From NCBI RefSeq assembly GCF_006345805.1, contig NC_043003.1, positions 23,870,001 through 23,934,000 on the forward strand: a stretch of DNA of 64,000 nt. Reading direction: 5' to 3'. A program made the position numbers and the translations under genes. Shown in pieces: positions 55,049-64,000 of the stretch (position 1 is the stretch's first letter; each line of letters opens with the position of its first letter). Source of the DNA: Octopus sinensis (taxonomy: Eukaryota). The notes beneath the pieces are model-generated. The model had not been told where the DNA came from and searched no databases. It worked only from the letters and a program-made list of their open reading frames with translations.

Positions 55049-55795
55049 GGTATACACGTATGTTTATATATATGTATATATACATGCATATATATATATA
55101 TATATACTAAAGTATGTATGTATACACACGCGTACGTATATACATATATATATACACATGAATGTATGTACATACATATATGTATATTTAAACGTGTGTG
55201 TGTATATACTTATAGCATATATATATATCTATATAGCTATATATAGCTATATATATATATAGAAAAGTATGTATATACACACACACATATGTATATACAT
55301 ATATATATATATATATATATACATATAATATATATATACATATATATATATATACATGAATGTATGTACACACATATATGTATATATAAACGTGTGTCTG
55401 TATATATTTATAGCTATATATGTATATATGTGTGTGTGTGTGTGTGTGTGTATAGTTTTATTTATATACATAAATGTGTGTGTATAAGTGAGCGCGTCTG
55501 TAAAATATATATATGTGTGTGTGTGTGTGTTTGATTGTACATGTGTGTGTGTGTTCATTGTGTGGTTATGTGTAGGTGTGTAAATGTGTCAATACCAATA
55601 TTCTTGTGAAATTTTCAATAATTTCTTTCATTATTTTACAGCATCAAATCTACTTCCCACACACATACACGAAGCCGAAGGCACCATTGAATATAAAAGA
55701 TTTTTCCCCCTCTTAACACCTATGTGTATATATTAACACATTCTTGTGTATATATATATGTATATACGTACGCGTGTGTATACATACATACTTTA

Positions 55796-55834
<39 letters not shown>

Positions 55835-56377
55835 TGTATATATACATATATATAAAAACGTTAATGTGTTAGCGATGTGATGACAGATCTGAAACGTATC
55901 CATAGCAGATTTTATATAAACCTTCTCTCACTGCCATGTATAACGTTTAATTGATACGCCTTGATAAAATTTGTCGTGTCTTCTATGAAACGCTTATGTA
56001 GCAAGGTTAGACTTCCCTATATGTATGTTTAAGTTCTATTTTTAACTTGTTGGTCTCTTCCCGTCAGAAAGATGTCGGTTTCAAATGGGATCAAACAAAA
56101 AAAAAAACCTTTTCCAGAGTTTTTTGCGTAACCTGCGGAAGTTGAGGTAAAAAGTAGCAAAATGCATGTATATTTCCCCTGTGCGTGTGTTGTGTGTGTG
56201 AAGTAATTATTGATGGGATGATCTGCTTCAGGTTTTAGGCCTTGTGTTGCGCGTGAATAGGAGATTCAGTGTGTTATCTGCGTGCGTTGCGTCCTATACG
56301 TGTGGACATGAGTATAGATATCTGCATTCAGTAGCGTATTATCTAGAGTTGCTTTGTGAATATATAAATATATATAT

Positions 56378-56427
<50 letters not shown>

Positions 56428-56519
56428 TTATATATATATATATATATATAATAGAAATAGGTTTCAAGAGAAAAGACTACACGTGGTATAAATAAGGGGA
56501 AAGTAGGAAGAATGTAAAG

Positions 56520-57684
56520 ACTTTTTAAATCTGGTGTAGTATTTCGGTTAACATACTTAATGTTTGTATGTCTATTTGCTTTGCTCGTTTCATGCTATCA
56601 TTTATTAATGATGTTGGGTAATGTCTCCTGATTAGTGTTGATTTACGTTCAAGGTGTCTTCGTTCACGATTATTGGTATCTGAAACTTTTCGCTAGGTTA
56701 TAAGGTATATTAATTTTTATGTGTTTGGGTTAACATGATTTGAATAATAGGTATTGTTTTGAATCTGTGGGTTTATAGATGTCCGTTTCGGTGTGGTTAT
56801 TGGTTATTTTAATTAGGATGTCAAGAATGGAAGTTTTTTATTGTTGTATTCCATTGTGAATTGTATATTGCTATTGATATTGCCGATCATTATTTTGAAA
56901 TCGACGAGTTTGTCCATGCTGTTGTTCCAAAGTAGGAAGCAATCATTTAAGTATCTCTTCCAGTTCTCCTTAAAATAGCAATGCAAACGAGGTACCGCAT
57001 TTTGAAATGATAATTGGTATATTTTAAGTTCTATATAACCCATTACAACGTTCGAAATCACTGGGGCAGCTCGAGTTCCCATTACTATTCCACATTTGTC
57101 GATAGTAAACTATATCGAACATGGCATAGTTGTTCTGTAGGATAAATTTCACTGCTGCAATTATGACGTTATGTTTGATGTCTCGTGGGATCTCTTCTTG
57201 GTATTTTTCTAGCTAGAAAGTAATTGCTTCTATACAAAAATCGTGTGGGATATTAGCGTACAAATTTACCACATCGAATGATACTAACAGGGTTCCTTCA
57301 TTTATTGTTTTCGGGACGTGTTTAGAATGTCTAAATCATCCGTGATGAAGCTTATCACATATTTTTTAAATGGTTTAAGATGTCGAGGCAATAGCTCAAA
57401 CGGTGGGTTTCACAAGCAGGCTCAGCACTGCTGGGTCTTAGATTGAGGTCAGTAGTGGGAGGAACATTAATGTATAGGCTTGGAAAATGTTTGCAAGCTT
57501 TACTAATATGTGGATTTCTGTGTATTTTAGGTAATCCGTAGAATAGACATTGTCTGCATTTAAAAATGGATAAATAGTCAATTTCTGTTTTAGTGAGGCC
57601 CTTCCCATGTATTGGAAGTAAGAAGGATATGTTTTTAAAGTTCTTTAAGTGTTATAGTGCTCTATCTTCTCATAGTAAATATAG
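56520..57684 (-). pseudogene. Penelope-like reverse transcriptase and thumb (inverted 5' half, degenerate)
   Basis: FYGLPKIH, LLVSFDVVNLYANIPHD, FILQNNY, MGTRAAP..SNVVMG, WKRYLNDCF, IQFTMEY..KLPFL, YKPTDSKQYL, YPTSLIND. Confidence 0.9.
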
Positions 57685-58220
57685 TTTTCCACACACAACC
57701 ATAGAAATAATGAGACCTTCAACCTCATCATCCGAAACCTACCCATTCTCACTGGAGATAAAGCAATGAACAACATTTTAGGCTTACACAAAATTATCAA
57801 GAACAAAACGCGACCGATATCATCGAAAAAATATTAAGCAGCGAAAGACTATATCCATTAACAACGGCACCAAAAGTGTAAAATGCGGGTGGCTTAACTG
57901 TGGCACATGCCCCTACCTTTTGAAAGGTACAGAGTTTCACCTTCAAGTTTCTCCTGCACCTTTGAAAACTGCTATTACCTCCTTAGGGTGCAGAAATTAC
58001 TAAATAGACCAAACAGGTATGCCATTCCGACGAAGAACAACACTTCAAAAAGAACAATTCCGCTACGCACAATATATACAGGTCAGTGGGTGCATAGGAA
58101 GATGTGCTAGGAACCTTAAACCGAAATTCCTAATTTTCTCTTTTTATCAATGTTCACAGAACACCTCTGTACAGTAAATAGGCAAATTTCATTATTAAAT
58201 ATTATCCACTACTCAACATG
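57685..58220 (+). pseudogene. Penelope-like linker and GIY-YIG endonuclease region (degenerate)
   Basis: STHNHRNNETFNLIIRNLPIL...KIIK, KCGWLNCGTCPYL Cys motif, FSCTFEN, terminal FIIKYYPLLN. The GIY and YIG cores themselves are eroded. Confidence 0.72.
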
Positions 58221-58649
58221 AACACCCAGCTTAATATAGGACACTACTTACCAGACTAATACCAATAATCTCCATAGATACCATACACCATTCATATTCC
58301 AGTATTTATAACTAACTTAATTGTAACACTTTAAGAACTCCTTACATACATTGTATGTAATCTTTTCACTCGGGTACTATTAGACCGAACAACGTTTGGA
58401 AATCGGTGTACATTTAAAGTCAGAGATCAGCTCTGACGATACCGATATTACATTGAATCTCTATACTGATTCATAATAATGATTTTTATACTTCATAATT
58501 CCCCCTCAAATAATCTAATTGTATGTATATATCTTCGCTTTTCTTAAACAGCCTTTATTTTTTATATCTAATGTGTATTTTTGTTTTCTTTTTACTCCCC
58601 CCCCTATATATATATATATACATACATACATACATATATTCATATATAT

Positions 58650-58712
<63 letters not shown>

Positions 58713-59520
58713 CACCACACATTCTCTTACATGCAGGTACAAATATACACGTACGCTTATACATAGCTGTTTAAAATGTTGACTGTCTCCATTTAATGTA
58801 GAGCCCTATAGCTTAAAGCAAAATGCGCGAAAGCTGTTAAAGCATTTTTAGTGTGTATACGGAGTTGTAACATAATTACAGAAGAGCATGTATATATATA
58901 TATATATATATATACATACATATATATACACAGACACACACGCACATATATACATATATATATACAGTGTATATATGTATGTGTATATATTCATATGTAC
59001 ATATAAATGGATGTATACACACATCCATATATTCATACAAACACACTTACGCACGCGCGCACGCGCAAACGCAAACATACATCAGATGTATTTACATATC
59101 TATTCTAGTCTGTACGCATATGTGGTTATTCGGGTATGTGTGTGTTTGCCCGCCTCCGCCCGCTCACCTGGTGTCCATTCTATATGTGGGATTTTTACCG
59201 CTGGATTTACGTTTCCAATACACAGATTCGTTAAGATCATTCCAATTTCATTTAGTTAATTATCTGGCATTAATTACAAATTGATTTAATGCTAAGCATG
59301 CTCATTCAATTATCTTCAGTGTATAGAACCCATGTGACTGTCTTCGTGATTTTTCAATGTTTATTATTGGAATATTCTTCACTGAAGCGAAAATATTTTC
59401 GTAAACAATGTACAAAATTTGCAGAATGAAATAAAAACAAAATTGAGTATGTATACATGTATCCATATATACTCCATATCGAGTATGCAACCCCCAAAAA
59501 TCTCTCATAAAATATGACAG

Positions 59521-59555
<35 letters not shown>

Positions 59556-59639
59556 AGGTCCCGGGTTGATTCGGGGTTAACCACAGTAAATAAGATACTC
59601 AATACATAGCAGAGTAAAATTAATTTATTATATAGAAGG

Positions 59640-59690
59640 AGCTTCTACAGGACTAGAACTGTTTCATTCAAGAGAAATCATCAGGAAGCT
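59640..59690 (-). ncRNA. Type I hammerhead ribozyme motif with intact core
   Basis: AGCTTC-CTGATGA-T-TTC-TCTT-GAA-T-GAA-ACAG-TTCTAGTC-CTGT-A-GAAGCT. Stem I 6 bp, stem II 3 bp plus a U.U pair, stem III 4 bp, GUA cleavage triplet. Confidence 0.75.
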
Positions 59691-59965
59691 AGTTAACAAG
59701 AATTGTTTTGGCATTTATACATTTAGGCAGGTTTAAAGGGGTGGTGGTGGGGGACTTTTTGGGGGTAGGCATAGCGCAAAAATATCATACTTAGGGGAGT
59801 GGTCGAGGAGTCAGTGGTAAAGTAGATAAAAGAATAAATTAAAGAATGAAAAAAGAATAAAAAAAATAAATAGAAGAATAGAGTTTTAGGTAAATAAGGA
59901 GACTCTCACTTATACATATACACATATGTATATATATACACACACACTCACATATACATACACAC

Positions 59966-60012
<47 letters not shown>

Positions 60013-60324
60013 TACATGTATATATACACACACGCGCCCACACATACATATACATGCACACACATACACACATACACACACATATATACATACACATATG
60101 TCCATATATACACATATATATTATATATATATATATATATACATATGTGTACCTATACATACCTACACATACACACATATACATACACTACAAACCCATT
60201 CCCTTATTTTAATTTTATTATTATTTTCATTTATTACTTTTTTAGCTTTGACCGCGGTCAGAAGCATCTTGGCTATCGTATATATCATATCGAAACTAAC
60301 TATGACTTAACTATCCTCTCACAC

Positions 60325-60378
60325 CGTCTCCGATGAAGGGATATAATTAATGAATATCATAGAAACCGCTGTATGACC
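60325..60378 (+). ncRNA. Degenerate hammerhead motif
   Basis: GTCT-CCGATGA-AGG-GATAT...ATATC-ATA-GAAAC-CGCT-GTA-TGAC; one core change and a weak stem I. Confidence 0.4.
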
Positions 60379-60502
60379 TTCTATCTATAAATGCTCTAAT
60401 ATCTACACAGCCTTGGTTTTTTTATATTATTAAGCAAAAAATTCTTACATATATGTATATATATATATGTGTGTGTGTGTAAGAATATATATATATATAT
60501 AA

Positions 60503-60780
60503 TAACAGGCCCTGCCCTACTTAACATTGTCCCGAAAGAGATCAAAGAGGAAAAGGATCCCATCAACTTTAAACGGAGTCTGGATAGATTCCTTCAAAGA
60601 ATACCAGATAAGCCACCCATAATTGGATACAACTCGCCCAACAAAAACTCACTACTTGAATGGACCATAAACAGACTTGACTTAAACAGGATTCAAATAA
60701 TCCTATCAGGTGGTGCTATTAAGTTAGACATGGCCTGGACCAATCTTTAATCGAAACATATCTAAGTTTATCTAAGTTTA
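60503..60780 (+). mobile_element. 5'-truncated 3' end of a related CR1/L2-group LINE
   Basis: GPALLNIVPKEIK..DPINFKRSLDRFLQRIPDKP...NSLL aligns to the ORF2 C-terminus at 53.1-53.3 kb; tail GGTGGTGC...CATGGCC...GAAAC plus (TATCTAAGTT)x2. Confidence 0.8.
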
Positions 60781-61525
60781 TATATGTAAGAATATATATA
60801 CGTGAGAGATTATCAAGAATCGTGAATCTAGGATGTTTTAGCTGCACCTGTAGTTATAAAGCAATAGACACCCTAAAAATATTCTACACACACATACACA
60901 CACATTCATATTATGGGATTAATCACTAAATTAAAATTTTGACTCTCTTCTAATATGTGTATCCATTCCATCTTTCTTCTCCTATCCCGTATGTATCTCT
61001 TCACGTCCATGTAGCATTTACTATGAGATTTAGGTTGGTTAAAACATTTTTGTGACACATTTTAACCTCTAAAGTCAAATTCACTACAGTTAAAGCGGAG
61101 AAAAGAATTCTCACTTATATTTATAGTTGTAAAAACACCATATTTGCCCATTGTCGGAATACCAGAAGCGGCTCTTCTAACTCTCTAGCCGTTTCTAGTC
61201 CCGACTAATGGAAACATTGGGCAGATGTGTTATTTCACGCATATTAACATAAGAGACAATTTTCCTCCATGGTTCCTATTGTAAGTTTGCCATTGGAACT
61301 TGAAATATATATCAAACTTATTGTAAGTAAGCTGAAGATCACCTATCCCTAAACACTTTAGCGCTGATACAGTTGAATTCTTTAATATTTTGATTAATGC
61401 CTGTCCTCCTAACACATTACCATTCAGGGTTATATTGAACAAATCAAATAAATCGAACGAATCGAAGCCAGTACACACAAACACACACACACACACATAC
61501 ACACACATACATCCACACACACACA

Positions 61526-61597
<72 letters not shown>

Positions 61598-63145
61598 ATA
61601 TAATATATATTATATATATATATTAAGTCTGGTAGATATTCTATCGATTTTCTGTATCGAATCGTCAGGTTGCAGCCAGATAACTTAATCTAAACCTGTT
61701 ATCAAGCGTTGGTAGGCAACCACAAACACAATGACACAGACAAATACACCCATAAAAGTGCACACATGCAAATACATATATACAATGAGAATCCACACAT
61801 CTTCTCTCGACCAAACTCACTCACAAAGCAAAAGTTGTTCCAGAGCGATAATGAAAAAACAAAGTTTTGGCTCAGTGTACCTGAACATGAATCCACAAGG
61901 AGATGAACGAAGTTCTCTTAACCACGCATCTATTAAGACTAAGTATACATACATACATACATATATACATACATACCTCATAAATACAAACATACATACA
62001 AATCTACACAAAATCTTTCAGACAAGAATGAATACGCTGACTTGGCAGGAAACCTGTGGTTTATTGATTGCCTAAACTCTATGTATAAACTTTACACAAT
62101 CTGACACAATCAATACTTCCGAGACCGTTACGAATCCCAAAAGGTATGTTCGTTATGAATACGTAAATGATGTTGGGAGCGAAGGGTATGTTCTAAACTC
62201 AAATAAATAAATAAAACTCCGCTTTATGAAATTAAAGGGAAATCACCACTGAATCTTGTGTCGGTATGTCTTGATTATAGAAAGACGTTTACATCTATTC
62301 TAGAACCATGTTTGTTGGAAACAATGCAGTTGGCAAATGTAGCTGCTGTTCTAATTGCTGCCATTGAAAAGTTCACAAAGACTTAGTCAATAATCGCCAA
62401 TGTTATAACTGAATGCAGAATGATCGTGTCCAACGTTATACAGTCGTTTAAAAGGAATATTCTCTGGAGACATTCCGCTTTTATTTTTGGCACCAAATTC
62501 ACTGTCATTTCTTTGACAAAAGTTCAGTTGTTATCTGTTAAATCCTACAACTGCAAGAGACATTAATGTAACGCAATTTCTTTGCCGACAACATAAAGAT
62601 CTATTTTCTATATGTTTACAATGCTGAGAAACGCCTGTATTTGTTAACGACATTTTCAGCGGATTTCGGCAAGGAATTTAATGAAAAGAAATCGTATTTG
62701 GTTATTGAAAGTAGAAACACCCTTTACGGGACATAAACTACTTTTACATTCATAGTTTCTACTTCCTACATTCCAAATAATAGTGCAACAAATATTCAAG
62801 TATTGATGAAAATGTATCATACAAATGTGCTATGAAAAAAGACAAAACATCGAATGTGTACTACAATATATCTGAAATGTTTATGCCAGAATTTCCTTTT
62901 CACAGCAGGACAAAAATCTCGCCTTGGTTTTGAAATTCAAAAAGGAACAAATCTATATAATTTGTTGGTGAAATACTCTTAAAACACCACGCAATCAGTT
63001 TTGTCGCATAACTTTAATGAAAATATAATTCTTTCCCAATTTTCGTGCGATTTCAGCCAATCTGATCGTAGCGGCAAATCGATTATATCTACTGCAGTGT
63101 TTAGTTCGAACTTATTTTGGCGACCCTGTAAATATAAATGAGAAA

Positions 63146-63246
63146 GGCGAACTTGGCGAAATTTGAACTCAAAGCTTTAAGATCAAGAAGAAATAATTCT
63201 AAACAGTTTGTCCAATGCGCTGACCATTCTGCCAGCTTACCACCTT
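63146..63246 (-). mobile_element. SINE family B head fragment
   Basis: GGCGAAATTTGAACTCA...GCGCTGACCATTCTGCCAGCTTACCACC. Confidence 0.6.
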
Positions 63247-64000
63247 TATCGGCAGCCAGAGATAAATGTCAATAGCCACTTCCTTTCGACACGGCCATTC
63301 TATAGATACTAAGACAATAGTCTACGCTTTCATTAGGAAAATCCTTTAAGTACATACATGCGTTCATACATATGCAGGTAATACATTTCCACTAAAAGAA
63401 TATTGATCGAACTCACCAGTCAATTCTTTCCTTTGTGCATATTCAACATTTCTGGACAGCAACAGCATTTAACTGTCGTGCAAATATGAAGATTTCTTAC
63501 ACCGAAATATAGATAAAATATAATTGTGGCTAACTGCTTCTGAAGCTATAGATTCCTTACTGAGATCATATAGATTTACATATTATTTTACCTTGATTAT
63601 TAATAAAAGACGTCAGTGCTTTAATAGTAATCTCGAAACGCTGGAGTATGATCAGTTAACACGTGCATTTCGAAAGTTCAAATTGTAATCAGACTTGCGC
63701 TAATAAATCTCACCATGTAATGCTTTAATTTTGTCTGTTTATGAATTCAATGGAGCCTGTTACTTTGCTAATAGTTATTCCTTTCATTGGATTGAAACTT
63801 AAACAAAACCATAATATAGACATAACCACATGCTTTAACATATCTCTAGGTCTCACAAAACACTTGATGCTTTTGGGTTGTTATTAAACCCTACATGGAC
63901 TCGAGTTGAGAAGAACTATACTCAAGGGTTTATATACGTAACCACCCCATGCTTTTATTCATCTTATCAGATCAGTGACTAATTGTCAACATGTGAAACG

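Overview
Eukaryotic, AT-rich, microsatellite-saturated non-coding DNA. The SINE families, (TA)n/(CA)n/(TATG)n/(ATT)n density and Dong/Penelope/Helitron relics suggest a cephalopod, probably Octopus (inference). I found no host protein-coding exon, rRNA, true tRNA or CRISPR array, and nearly all ORFs in the supplied track are microsatellite artefacts. The window is a mosaic of mobile elements. (1) A near full-length, frame-disrupted CR1/L2-group LINE at about 48.7-53.4 kb. Its ORF1 has a trihelix/Myb-SANT-like domain plus a CCCH zinc finger, it is preceded by a 9-unit tandem array, and its 3' stem-loop is shared, with compensatory changes, with the commonest SINE here. (2) A Penelope-like element with an inverted 5' half at 56.5-58.2 kb. 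(3) At least six dispersed hammerhead ribozyme motifs in short elements next to (TA)n tracts. (4) A cluster of co-oriented R4/Dong-type 3' ends in (TAA)n arrays at 14.5-18.3 kb. (5) Two complete non-autonomous Helitrons. (6) A Gypsy gag/LTR relic, mariner relics and MITEs, and several tRNA-derived SINE families, one as a head-to-tail trimer. All calls are from reading the sequence by eye and coordinates may be off by a few bases.
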